Assembly (NCBI GenBank): GCA_000004985.1
Contig: GG738881.1
Length of the DNA stretch: 64,000 bases
Source of the DNA: Naegleria gruberi
Taxonomy: Eukaryota
Strand: one strand, 5' to 3'
A program made the position numbers and the translations under genes. Positions 47,364 to 60,574 of the stretch are shown here, piece after piece. How positions within the stretch are numbered: position 1 is the first letter of the stretch; every line of letters starts with the position of its first letter. The notes beneath the pieces are model-generated. The model was not told the DNA's origin and made no database searches. It saw only the letters and a list, made by a program, of their open reading frames with translations.

Positions 47364-48038
47364 TGTTCGAAACTTTTTTTTAAATTATGAAAAACCTAAT
47401 GCTTACTGGTTCGAAATTGACAGTTTTAATGTCATTTGCATGTGAGAGATTGAAATGTTGAAAGATGCAGTCCAATACAGATGCGCCATTTTCAATGCTC
47501 CTTTGATTTGGTAATCGCAATTATCATGATTAGTAATGAAATGAATTGATTGATAGAAATGGATGCTTTAACATTAGAGAGATAGTACATATTCTTACGA
47601 GATTGTAAATTGTTCATACCGTAAATAATTTCAAAATTGTCTCTTGTCAATGGATGATTTGGAATATTAACAGAGAGATTGTAAATTCTGACGCAATTGT
47701 AAATTGTTTATCTGTAAATAATTTCAATCTAAAATGGATATTATTGAAATATTACAGCTATCTTGTTAAATACTTTTTATAAATCAATAAATTAATTTTA
47801 TTAAAGATTAATATTAAATCATATAGCAGATTGTATATCAGAATGGCGTTCTTTTGGTTACTCCAAGTTTAGAACAGTACTCGTCACGTCACAATCAATG
47901 AAATAATATAATCCTTAATGGTTCGTTAAGTTTAACGACCACACGATGAAACAATTTTTGAAAACTATCATTCCACTATAATAGTTCTTAATTACAATTT
48001 GGAATAATAGTAAATTGTTTCAATAATTCGTGTGGTCC

Positions 48039-49760
<1,722 letters not shown>

Positions 49761-50701
49761 TTAATTAATTGATGAAGGAAATAATACGAGAAGAGAGAAA
49801 TGCTATAAATCGAAGAAGAATGCGGAAGGAAAATTTGTTGTTGGGGAGAAATGGTTATTAGGCCTACTTGAAAGCAATGTTGAGAAATTCAATTAATTGT
49901 TATTATGTGCGATTATCATGTTAGCTTAACTTCAGCTAAATTCAAAATTGAATTAATTGAAGCCTTCACCAAATAATTAAAATTAAATAGGTTCCTAATT
50001 CTCTTCATGTTATCTAATCATCATGGAGAGAAGAAGTAAAGAACAAAATCTGGTCCAGTACTATTCAGAAATTGATAACGAAGTTTGTAATACATATTGC
50101 GATTAATTAGGTGTACAAAGGTAAATAGTCATCATTGTTGAGAGTTGATTTTCCATTGAATCCTCCTCTAAAAAATTACTGTCATAAAATCGAACAAATA
50201 TTGGTTTGTATTATTTATTAGTTATTTTAATAATATGAATGCAACCAGTAAAGAATAATTATCATAGTTATTAAGAATTACTGGGAAAGAGTAAATCAGA
50301 GGAGCGTATTCGTTATCAAATCCCAATGATTAAGATCATCAACTGATGGAATTGCTACACACTTCTAATTCCTTTTCCAGCAACAGAGCGCCAATAACAT
50401 TCCCTAACGCAGTATCAATCAAGGGATAATAGTAGGAGGTGTTTCATTGATCAACCAATGTACATTGCCGCCAACCTTATTACAATGAAAAATCAGGTGG
50501 TGGGTTCAACTGGCCCTTAAGAAAAAGGTCATCACCTCTATTCCTTCTCTCTCTCCAACAGTAATGAATATTGTAAAAATCCGAGGATTTTAATAGGTCG
50601 AACACTATTTTGCGTGAACTTTTGTTGAGGGCAAGCCTTAAAATCAGCTGCGCCTTACAAGTCATTGAATACAACAACAAAAAAAAACACACAAAACAAA
50701 A

Positions 50702-50937
50702 ATGGGTCTCCTCGAAGATAGCACTCCAAGATGTGAAGGTATGGGATTGATTGTCCTCATCCTCAATATCCTTTTCCCAGGTTTGGTACCATCATTGCTG
50801 CTTTCCTCACTTCTGAAAAGGAAAAGATGACTTCTACTTTGATTGTCGGTATCCTCCAATTCATCTTGGCTTCCTTGTTGATTGGTTGGTTGTGGGCCAT
50901 CTGGTGGGGTTTCAAGATTATGCAAGCTTCTGCTTAA
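50702..50937 (+). CDS. Putative small two-TM proteolipid (Pmp3/UPF0057-like?), two exons with a 35-nt intron; speculative
   Basis: ATG at about 50702: MGLLEDSTPRCEGMGLIVLILNILFPGL|EKMTSTLIVGILQFILASLLIGWLWAIWWGFKIMQASA* if gtaccatcattgctgctttcctcacttctgaaaag (35 nt) is spliced out. Below the ORF-track size cutoff. Confidence 0.25.
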
Positions 50938-51300
50938 ATTTCAAGAAAATAATTTTCACATGAAAATAAAAATTGCTTAATAGCAAATGATTGAAACTTC
51001 TTGTATTCTGGTGTTTGGAAAGTTCAAGATGTCTTGAGTATGTGCAAGATCAATCCGAATAAAAGTTCAATTCATCGAACCAAGCAAGAATGATGCTATC
51101 ACCACATAACAAATATTGAATAAATAAACAGTGGTTACACAGGATGGTCTCTATGATCTTTGAAATGAAGAAATTGAACAATAGGAAGCTTGTTATGCTT
51201 CTCTAATAGATTGATAAAACTCTGTATTTTTATTCATAGAATTCTCCCACTGATGATTCCTCAATCAATTAAACCATTAAATTTATATAAATTAATAAAT

Positions 51301-52869
51301 TTATTGTTTAAGTTTCTTGGATGGTTGTGTGGATGGCTCGTCAACTTGTTCAATTTTACGACTCTTCTTTTCAGAACTTGAACTTGTTGTAACAATGTTA
51401 ATATCAACCCAAGCATCAAGTGAAGGATGAAGAACTCCACCAGAAAAGTGAGCACAAACTGTATTCAAATTAGAGTCGGAAGTGAAATAAATAAAAGTGT
51501 GCAATTCACCACATGCTGCATTAATCTTAAACTTGCTAGATTTCAAGTGCAAGTCAACGTAGTGTCTTTCAATTTTAGAGAAGGTTGACACTGATGGTTC
51601 AGCAAGTGGTGATTCTCTCATTTCATCCAAATAATAACCAAGTTGATTACAAATATTCGATCCAGTAACATAGACATGATTAATTGAAGATTGATCCTTT
51701 TCCAATGATGTGGTTGTACAAACAGTGTGATATCCACCAACACTGATATCAGAGAATGTTTTGGCAATATCTTCTGGGAGAGGTACATCATTCAAATTGG
51801 TACCATCAAGTCTATCTCTTTGTGAGGAAATCTTTTGTCCAAGTTGACCTTCCAAATATCTACCAAATCCAGCAAGACTAATCTCTTGTTCATTCTTACG
51901 GAAGAGGAAGAAGGCATGTTCACTTCCAGAAATAATTCTAGATACAGGTAATGTTGTCTTGACCAATGTTGGAGTAAAGACAGGTTCAACAAACAATTTG
52001 CTTTGTCCACAGAAATATACTTGACCATCATTTCTCAAAAACAATGACCATGCATTACCAGCTTGAACTTGAACTGTTTTGGAATCAATATCTTTACATT
52101 TCAAAAGAGAGAATTGTGGAACAATATCTTCATCTAGTAATTCTGAATTGGCATTATCACTTGGATCAAATCCTAATTTACCATTATCTGGTGAACCTGT
52201 AATATAAACTCTGTTATCATTGGTCAACATGAGAGTGTGATTAGTACCACAAGCAACTTGTAAAATACTTGTACTGGTTGGTTTGAGTTTTGACATGTCT
52301 ACAAGTTGTGGAGGATTTACAATTTTAGGTAATCCAGCAGAATCACTCAATGAACATTGACCAAAGGTATTATTTCCTGATGCATACATAACAAGTGGCC
52401 TTCTGCCAATGAAAAGATTGTAGAAATATCCACAACTCACATCAACAATATCTTCCTCAAGTAAATCACATAAAGTTGGTGTTTTTACATATTTTCTTGA
52501 TTTATAATCATCATCAACCATTGAATTTTTAAAAGAGACTGGTAAATTTTGTAAATCGTTCATACCACAACAATAAACTTTGTGAGAATCAGTGATAAAA
52601 AATGTTCTATTTGTTCCGCAAATAACCTTAACAATAGTTTGCTTGTTGAACACTTTTGTTGTATTCAATATGTGTACTTTACATTTTTCTTGTTCTTCCC
52701 TTGTCCAATACGAGTTGTGATCATGTTGAAGTAATTGACTTCCGGCTACCATATTTTGTGAAGGATGCATTGCAGAGAGAATAATATTTCTCCTCTCATA
52801 ATTTGTCGATGTTTGAACACCTAATTGATGATGACTATTATCACCAAAACACAAGATACGAAGACTCAT
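51301..52869 (-). CDS. RCC1-repeat (regulator of chromosome condensation-like beta-propeller) protein, 522 aa
   Basis: Repeated RCC1-like blades (CFGDNSHHQLG, ACGTNHTLMLT, AGNAWSLFL, ISGSEHAFFL, SVGGYHTVC, CGELHTFI). K/S-rich C-terminus. TAA stop. Confidence 0.6.
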   Translation of the reverse strand: MSLRILCFGDNSHHQLGVQTSTNYERRNIILSAMHPSQNMVAGSQLLQHDHNSYWTREEQEKCKVHILNTTKVFNKQTIVKVICGTNRTFFITDSHKVYCCGMNDLQNLPVSFKNSMVDDDYKSRKYVKTPTLCDLLEEDIVDVSCGYFYNLFIGRRPLVMYASGNNTFGQCSLSDSAGLPKIVNPPQLVDMSKLKPTSTSILQVACGTNHTLMLTNDNRVYITGSPDNGKLGFDPSDNANSELLDEDIVPQFSLLKCKDIDSKTVQVQAGNAWSLFLRNDGQVYFCGQSKLFVEPVFTPTLVKTTLPVSRIISGSEHAFFLFRKNEQEISLAGFGRYLEGQLGQKISSQRDRLDGTNLNDVPLPEDIAKTFSDISVGGYHTVCTTTSLEKDQSSINHVYVTGSNICNQLGYYLDEMRESPLAEPSVSTFSKIERHYVDLHLKSSKFKINAACGELHTFIYFTSDSNLNTVCAHFSGGVLHPSLDAWVDINIVTTSSSSEKKSRKIEQVDEPSTQPSKKLKQ

Positions 52870-53065
52870 TTTTTTTATTATTATTTTTAATTAATATTAT
52901 TTGATGTTAACAGCAGTGTGGGTGATGGAATCTTAAAATTACGAAATTTATTGGAAGTTTTTTTTGATCAAAGAAGAAACACCTTTTTGATATGTCCATC
53001 TATTAAAGCAAATTTTATGATTGTTTGTGAGTAGAGAGAGAAAAGTGAGAGATTTACAAAATTGT

Positions 53066-54169
53066 TTATTTCTTTGGTTTAACTTGAGGTTCTTCACACA
53101 CATGAATGTAAATATAAGTATGCTTATTGTAATGTTCGTGACCCTTACTCCAATCGTAACCAACAGCATAGGCAAATAAGGAACCATCTCCATTGAAACC
53201 TGTTGAAAGCAGTGTCAAGTCGGCACCCAATTTTTTGAATTGGTGTAATCTTTGTTTTGAGGTGTGATCCCAAAAGTGGAAAGTACCATCAGCACCAGCA
53301 GTAGAAAATGATCCAAAACTTGGATGGAATGAGAGAGCATTGACTGCATATACATTGGCAGTATTTGGGCCATCTCTGTGACACTTGAAAGCAAAATTCT
53401 TCCTTGTAGTTGTTTCTTGGAAATAATTGATACCGACACGTCCTTCAATAGATCCAATTGCAAATCCTGACATGTCAGGGAAACAAGCAACACATCTGGT
53501 TTGTTCTCTGAGTGGTGATGGGTACTTTTTAAATGGTTCTTGTGGTTTTCTGACATCATAAATGTAAACTTCCTTATTAGCCAAAGCTACTACAGCCATA
53601 TTTCCTGCCACAGATACGTCATAAATCTTATCAGCTTGTGGTAGAGACATTACGGCTTGTCCATTATTATTTCTAATATCCCAGTATTTAATTGATTTAT
53701 CCCAACTTCCTGTCATTACTATAGTTTGCATTCCTTCCACTCCATCTAATGATTTAATTATTTTAATAGGTTGATCGTGTTGTCCAAAAGTTACATCCGC
53801 TTGTTGTCCTAATTGTTGATATTTAGCCTTGTTATCACAACCTGCAGAGAATATTTTACCATCCCTAGACATACAACAACAGAGAGCAGGAGCTTCATGT
53901 TTATATCTTGCCTTAGCTGATGCCATAACTTGTACCTTTCCCATATTTTGTGCTGCTTGAATTTCCCAGGCTGTGACTGATCCATCCCAAGAACTAGCAA
54001 CAATAAAATTCTGAGTAGGACACCATGAAATCATGGAAACTGTATCAGAAGGAAGATCAGGTAAACAATAACTTCCATTCGGATTAACATCTCCCATTTG
54101 TGGATTTCCTTGCATTTGTCCCATTTGAAACCCTGTAGAAGGTTGTCCCATACTTGGTTGTCCCCACAT
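53066..54169 (-). CDS. RAE1: mRNA export factor RAE1/GLE2 (WD40), 367 aa
   Basis: Q/G/M-rich N-terminus, then a WD40 propeller with the Rae1-specific block FAFKCHRDGPNTANVYAVNALSFHPSFGSFSTAGADGTFHFWD. TAA stop. Confidence 0.75.
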   Translation of the reverse strand: MWGQPSMGQPSTGFQMGQMQGNPQMGDVNPNGSYCLPDLPSDTVSMISWCPTQNFIVASSWDGSVTAWEIQAAQNMGKVQVMASAKARYKHEAPALCCCMSRDGKIFSAGCDNKAKYQQLGQQADVTFGQHDQPIKIIKSLDGVEGMQTIVMTGSWDKSIKYWDIRNNNGQAVMSLPQADKIYDVSVAGNMAVVALANKEVYIYDVRKPQEPFKKYPSPLREQTRCVACFPDMSGFAIGSIEGRVGINYFQETTTRKNFAFKCHRDGPNTANVYAVNALSFHPSFGSFSTAGADGTFHFWDHTSKQRLHQFKKLGADLTLLSTGFNGDGSLFAYAVGYDWSKGHEHYNKHTYIYIHVCEEPQVKPKK

Positions 54170-54576
54170 TTTCCTCTATTATTATTATTATTTATATAGT
54201 ATATATTAATTAGTATTAGTTTGATGATGAAATTCTCTCCAACAAGCTGTCGTGTGTTATTTCCAAAATTTCAAAATGAATGGAAAAATGTGTGATGAGA
54301 ATTTTTTTTGATGAATAATTTTTCTTGTGTTCTTCATCTGCATTTCAGCGTTATATTTTTAATAGAACAAAGAGAGAATTCTCTGTGAAGGAATTGAAAA
54401 GCTGTTTGTTTGTTTTAAAGGAATTCCATTGTATATATTGATCAAGATTTTACCTTCTCACTGTTCCGATATTTTCCTGTTCATGATATTAATCAATTTA
54501 CTTGGCAATCATCATCATCATGAAATAACAAATATTTAATTTATTAGATGATAAAGATCACACAATTAAAAGAAAA

Positions 54577-55116
54577 ATGAGCAAATCATCAAAGGCTATT
54601 GATTTTCCAACTTTTTATAATCTTCCACCATTCTATTCACTGCAGCCAGTGTTAGAAACGAGAGAAAAACAAAGTAAATTGTGGAGTGAAGTAATTTTGA
54701 AATATTGCGAGCATGAAAGGAAATTTGTAATTGTTATTGCTGAGGAAGAAGGAAAATTATTTTCCAATTCTACAATTAATAGAAAATTAAATAGAGAGGC
54801 TATTTATTACTTTTTGGATGATCTTGTTGCGAAGGAGAGAGGTGAATGGTTGGATAAAAAGTCCAAGGAATCAATATATATTTATTGGAAAACACCAATG
54901 GAATGGGCTGATAAGATTCAGAAATGGGTTGATGATTCGGGAGTTTCAAATACTGTTTGTACATTCTTTGAATTGTTGGAGGGAGAAACTGGAGAAGGAA
55001 CTGAATTTCATGGAATGAATAAGGACATTTTCAAGAAGGCACTTAAACTGCTAGAGAAGAGAGGAAAAGCCGAAATGTTCCAATCTGGTGACAATGAAGG
55101 TGTAAAATTCTTGTAA
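54577..55116 (+). CDS. VPS25: ESCRT-II subunit VPS25 (179 aa)
   Basis: FPTFYNLPPFYSLQPVLETREKQSKLW..., tandem winged-helix pattern, C-terminal ...GKAEMFQSGDNEGVKFL (compare human ...EHKAEIITVSDGRGVKFF). Confidence 0.8.
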   Translation: MSKSSKAIDFPTFYNLPPFYSLQPVLETREKQSKLWSEVILKYCEHERKFVIVIAEEEGKLFSNSTINRKLNREAIYYFLDDLVAKERGEWLDKKSKESIYIYWKTPMEWADKIQKWVDDSGVSNTVCTFFELLEGETGEGTEFHGMNKDIFKKALKLLEKRGKAEMFQSGDNEGVKFL

Positions 55117-55388
55117 TTTATTTTGTAAATATTTCAATACAATTATTTATTATAATTATTCATTAATATTTAATTAAATATTAATTTAAAAAACACTTCC
55201 TATATAAAAATAATAATAATGGAATAATTCAAATATATGATTTATCTAGACTTAAGATCTTTTTATTTAAAGAAATTGTGTGTGAACAAGCAACATTGAA
55301 ATGAACTGAAACATTTCCATCTCCGTACAGTACTCACAACATCCCACCATATCCACAACTGTTTTCCCATCACAAAAAAAAAGACAAT

Positions 55389-56160
55389 ATGCAGAGAAGA
55401 GGATGTTATCATCATAACCTCTTCATGGTTGGATTATTTGTCGTCACCATAATGATGGCAACACACATGTTGGTGGTGGATAATTTGGGAGGAAACTGTT
55501 ACCAAAACAATGGATTCAGCTGAGGATTATTTTGGAATGTTGTATCCAAAGGATGGTTCAACAGTTTTCAATGGATTGTTTAGTCATGGAGCTACTGCCA
55601 CGGATTTGATCTTTTCTCAATTCTTTGCTGGGGATGAATTCACAAAAACACGTTTTCACACACAATGTAGAAGTGTCAAATATTCAAGTCAGACCTGAAT
55701 TTCAACAAAATATCGACATTTTACCTAATGAAATGGACGAATCATTGTATAGATTAGTAATTGATTTATTTGGTGATTCAATTGCTACTAAAATCAAATA
55801 TGGAGGTGTTGTAGATATGACAGTTTCAGTTCGTTCATGTGAACTAAACTTTTTGAGTTTATTAATGACGCTAAGTATTAGTAGAAATTCTGATGGAAGT
55901 TTCTTTTATGAGTTTAATATACAAATGTGTGAAATCAAGGTCAATATTCCAACTGATCTCCAGATGCATCTTTGGCTCAGTACTATCCTAGGGTGTTTGT
56001 GAAATCTAAAACTGTTTCGAATAAGTGTGAGAGTAAGCTGGCTGGTACTGGTTATTTAACAACAATTGGAGATTTGATTGTTTGTTCTGGTTGTCAACCA
56101 TCTATTTCAGCAAACTTTAAGGAAGTTTCTTGTGAATGTCTTATGCTCAATAAATTGTAA
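55389..56160 (+). pseudogene. Fragmented ORF series (three overlapping frames): either a gene with unresolved tiny introns or a decaying pseudogene
   Basis: A start MQRRGCYHHNLFMVGLFVVTIMMATHML (signal/TM-like) at about 55389, followed by ORFs 55510..55698, 55625..56002 and 55972..56160 in shifting frames. No domain recognised. Confidence 0.3.
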
Positions 56161-56267
56161 TTATATTTATTGACCCACGTTTAGTTTTCCGTATAGTTCA
56201 ATTATTGTAATCAAATGTCAAGGTTAAAGAACATCATAATCAAAAATAATAAAAACTATTTAAAAAA

Positions 56268-56615
56268 ATGAAACAATTCATCATTACACTTTGTCTCTGT
56301 CTCTTGTGTTCCCTCTTGATTATTGGCATGTCAACTGCCCAACAAAATGATGACAGGTCCGAGTATTCTCGTCCAATTCGTCAAGTAAGAAGAATTAGAA
56401 GAGAAAAACTCATCAATCAAGTTGAAACTTTATTGAAGGAATTAAAGAAACTTCACTTGGAAGAAGAACTCGCAGATTCAATGAATTTACCAAATGCTGA
56501 ATGTCTTCGTTGTTTGATGAAGAAGAATGATGATTTGAAGGACTCTGTTAAAAGTAGTGTTGGATTTGTTGGTGGTTCAATGAGATGTTTGGAAGTTTGT
56601 ACTGCTGCTAATTAA
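56268..56615 (+). CDS. Small secreted Cys-containing protein (115 aa)
   Basis: Signal peptide MKQFIITLCLCLLCSLLIIGMSTA. Basic RQVRRIRREK segment (possible pro-peptide cleavage site). 4 Cys in the C-terminal half. Confidence 0.4.
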   Translation: MKQFIITLCLCLLCSLLIIGMSTAQQNDDRSEYSRPIRQVRRIRREKLINQVETLLKELKKLHLEEELADSMNLPNAECLRCLMKKNDDLKDSVKSSVGFVGGSMRCLEVCTAAN

Positions 56616-56645
56616 AAACTTGATATTTCTGTGATTTTAAAAAGG

Positions 56646-56734
56646 TAGGGTGGTACGTGGATCGAACACGTGACCATCGGATATCTGCTGCAAATTACAT
56701 TGCAATCCGGTGCTCTACCGCTGAGCTAACCACC
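56646..56734 (-). tRNA. tRNA-Cys (GCA) with an intron of about 17 nt in the anticodon loop
   Basis: Minus-strand sequence GGGTGGT-TA-GCTC-AGCGGT-AGAGC-A-CCGGA-TT-GCA-A-[intron about TGTAATTTGCAGCAGAT]-..-TCCGA-TGGTC-ACGTG-TTCGATC-CACGT-ACCACCC-T. Perfect 7-bp acceptor stem, canonical D and T arms, U73 discriminator typical of tRNA-Cys. The intron contains TGCA complementary to the anticodon. Confidence 0.65.
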
Positions 56735-56876
56735 CCTTCGATCATTACTTTTAAATATTCATTTCTATAGGAACAATATCCTTAATCAACTTTTGTTTAT
56801 AATTGTAATATTTTATTTAATTGAATAGTTTAGTTAGAAACAATTTAATATGTGAGATTTTCAAGTAGTGGTGTTG

Positions 56877-59800
56877 TTACTTATCCCAATAAATTACTTC
56901 GCCTCCCTTACTGCCAGTCACAACACTTTCTCCATCATCACTCACTCCAATAGTTGTCATTGGACTTGCATGTGCAGTTAGAGAAGAGGCAAGAGATCCA
57001 TCAGCCACATTCCACTTGTACAATTTACCATCCTCTCCACCAGATAATAATTCAAAACCATCTGTGCTTAAACATCTCCAAGCTTGATTAACACTCGAGT
57101 GATTAAATTGGGCAATTTCAGATCCAGAAATGTCAAATAATTTGATGGAACCATCCTTTGAACATGAAATAAACCTTTGACTGTCTTCACCACAGAAACA
57201 CAAATCTGAAACAACATCACTGTGGGCACTGAATTCTGCAACGGCCTTCTTTTGTCTAACATCTATTACAATAATGACACCATCTTCACTTCCAGAAACA
57301 ATCATATTACCAGAAGTATCAATATTCAAGCTGTGAACAGGAGAATCATGTTCTTGGAAAGTTGCCAGGGGCGTCGTTGAGACAGAATCTGATGAACATT
57401 TCCAAACTTTCACTGTTGAATCCCAAGAGCTAGATATCAAACTATCTCCACTAATGCAAATCTTTGAAACAGCATCCTCGTGACCTTCCAAAATATCCAA
57501 AACCTTTCCATACTCAACAGAGTAGACATAAACTCTATTATCCCATGAACCAGCAATGAGAACCTTTTGTTCTGAATTTGGATCTTCAATCACAGCACAC
57601 GATGAGAGTGCCATATCACCCATATCTGCTATTCTTCTCAATTGGCGTTTCGATTCAATAGAATAAACCTTGCATGTACTGTCATCACTACTGGTATAAA
57701 TTCTTGACTTGTCCTTGCTTATTATTGCAGAAGTAATACGATCTCTATGCAAGTCAACTTTAAATGAAATGTCATCAGAAGTTGAGTATTTTGGCATGAA
57801 TTCACTAACTTGACTCATACTCTTTTGCTTTCTGAGTTTGGATCTCTTTTTTCTTGTTCTTGGACTGTTATCACCAAGACTATCTAACGAGATGGAAGAT
57901 GAGAGTGATTCATCTTCATTATTTGAGAAACTCTCTTCAGAAATCTTACTCAGCATAAAACTACTTGGTCTATTCAAATCTGTCTTTAACATGTCACTAA
58001 TATCAAAGTCATCATCTTTTGGAGTAATGATAGGGGAAAATGGTGAAGAAACACTTCTAACCACTGGAGATGATGATTTAGAACTAGTGTTACTAAAACT
58101 TTCCATTAAGAGTGAGGAAGAATAGCTTCTTGCTGGAGATTTTGGAACTACCTCCTTGGTAGCTGAAATAATATCCAAAGGAATGACATCTGAGGAGGTC
58201 ACCGAGAATTTAGTAATGTTAGAAAGATTGGTTCCAGTTTTTCTTTGTGGATGTGGATGATTGAAAACTTGTCTTGGAGTTTGACCAAACTCTCTGATTT
58301 GAATTTCAATACCTCTTCTTTGGACAGGATCTCGAATCTTTTCAATATCAATAGCACCTTCATAGGTCAAATAGTAGAAGAGATTGTCAGCTTTAACTGC
58401 CTCTTCACCAATTTGTTTGTATCCAAATATTAAATCAATCCAATGATGGAGATTCTGAGAGACATGGTCACTCTCGAGAGCTAGTCTGCATTTGTAAACA
58501 AATTCCTGTTCATCCTTTGCCCATGGTGGTAAGATAACATTATTCACACGTTGACCATTATTTCTCACACCCAAATCAAGATTTAAGGAATTGATCAAGA
58601 AACTACCTGTTGATTGATAAAATTCTGGAATGAGTTCTTTCAAATCGGCAGTGTTAGAAAGAACAGAATTATAAGTGCTTTGAATGGAGAAGAACTCTCT
58701 ATCAGGAGCATCAAATCTACCATTTTGTAATTTGAGCATGTACTCTGGAGCTTGTCTGAGAAGGAAATACAAGACATAACCTGGTGTCGAGTAGTGAGTA
58801 CCATATAAGAATTTTGGATCTGGCATGTCGTAGTATCTTTGTTTGAATCCTTCTAGTCTGTTTGGATTGAGTGCACCTATTGGCTTTCTCAAATCTCTGA
58901 AAGTATTAGGATTATTCAAATCGAGAGTCTTACTCGTGTAATCAGCAATTACCCAAGGGAAAACTGGATACTGAGTCAAATCATTGAATGATCTATCTGC
59001 AATAAAGTTCAAATAGAGCAAATAATCAAAATTGCTGATTAATCCACTTTGCCATTTGAGGGTCATATTCCCTTGATCATTTAGAGAAATGTTAGAAATG
59101 ATTGGTTGTTTTAGAATAATGTTATAAATATTGTCTCTCTCTGTTTGATTCTTGACTGCTAAAAAGATACTCTTATTGTTTTGCATAAAAACTTCAATAC
59201 CAATATGACGAAGGTTGTGTCTTCTTCTCACAATTCTGTTAATATCCCTCAAATTATACTTTTTAACAGGTTTTGTACTAATATTGTTGAAAGGTTGAAA
59301 GTAAATCCTCTCATTAGTCAATAGAATGCATCCATGTGTATCGACGAGTGGTGTCACTTTGGTACCATGAGTTTCATACAGAGTCTGTTCTCTGAAATCC
59401 TCAAGCCAAGTCACATCAAATGAAAATCCTTTAGCAATTTGATCCTCATAGATTTGATTAATTTGTTCCACTGATGGAAGTCCAGAATTACTTTGGAATA
59501 ATTGATAGATTGGGGTAACTTTTTCAACAAATTGTTGTGCAGTTAAGAATGTTAATCCAATAACAACTGTTTCAGTTTGCTATTATTATAATAATTTTAA
59601 ATTTTCCAATAAAGTTTCATGATCAGTAGTACCACCATCATCAACATCATCAAATTGAATCAATTAACAATCAATAAAGCAAGTAAAGGAATTGAAAATT
59701 TGTCCATTACCAACTGTAAATAATTCCCGAAATTATTCTTCTTCTTACCTTTTTAAATATGAATGGATGGTCCTTGTTTCCTTTTCTAATTTCTACAAAT

Positions 59801-60232
59801 TCTGAACAATTGAAACAGAATAGATTTTCATCGGCAAACGAGGCAAAATAGGGATGATTCATTGATGTGGCTTTAAACTTTTTAAATCCTCCTTCAATTT
59901 TATCAAAACAGTGTCTTGTGATTGAAAATCTGGTATCATCCGGTACAAATACTAGTGATTGTGAGCAAAAGTGAAGTCTTCCTTTGTATTTCTCTCTGAT
60001 TTTCCAATATTTCCAATCATCATCAAAATTAATATTTAAATATTAATATATATTAATTTTCATTCAAATATAAATTATAAACACAAATAGTTATAAATCA
60101 TGAAAATCACCATCAAAAAACACACCTTCCACTTGCTCCAAAGTAATACGTACAAGAAAAGTCTTGGAAATAAATTTCATCCTCCTTCAACAAGAGCATG
60201 TTGAATCTCTTATTCTTCCTCTTCCGGAGCAT
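56877..60232 (-). CDS. NSMAF: NSMAF/FAN-like protein (GRAM/PH - BEACH - WD40); main exon 56877-59579 plus at least two 5' exons (about 59749-59995 and about 60150-60232)
   Basis: The main ORF has the GRAM-like region (THGTKVTPLVDTHGCILLTNERIYFQP), the BEACH core (LTQYPVFPWVIADY...ILPPWAKDEQEFV...WIDLIFGYKQ) and 5-6 WD repeats. Upstream minus-strand exons encode MLRKRKNKRFNMLLLKEDEIYFQDF... and ...EKYKGRLHFCSQSLVFVPDD...HPFIFKK. These match the human FAN N-terminus (RFSLLLLNLEEYYFEQH ... LKICSKSVIFEPD). TAA stop. Confidence 0.7.
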
Positions 60233-60574
60233 CTTCAAAATCTTGTTGCAATTTCTCTAATAAACAAACACTCTCTATAGAGGATCCTCAATAATAATTT
60301 TAATAATAAACAGAAGTAGAATCAACGTCCTCCTCGGCAGAAAATTGTTTTTTTTAATGATGAAAATTTAGAAATCACGATGATGAGCAAGTCCCAGCAC
60401 AGATAAGAAAATTAATCGAGTAAAAAACTAGTTTTCAGTAACTTAGGATAGGATTATTTGGAACGTAATACAAGTTGATTTTATTGCAACGTATTTCATC
60501 ATGAATTTCAAATTTTAAAATTCAAGTTGAAAAGTTTGCAGAGATGGACAACATGTTAGTAATTTTGAAATGTT

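Noticed and set aside
50300-50700. Possible ncRNA/tRNA-like segment (ggtgggttcaactggccc) upstream of the small proteolipid candidate
   Set aside because: It lacks the D-arm and anticodon-arm architecture. It is probably a chance resemblance to a T-arm.
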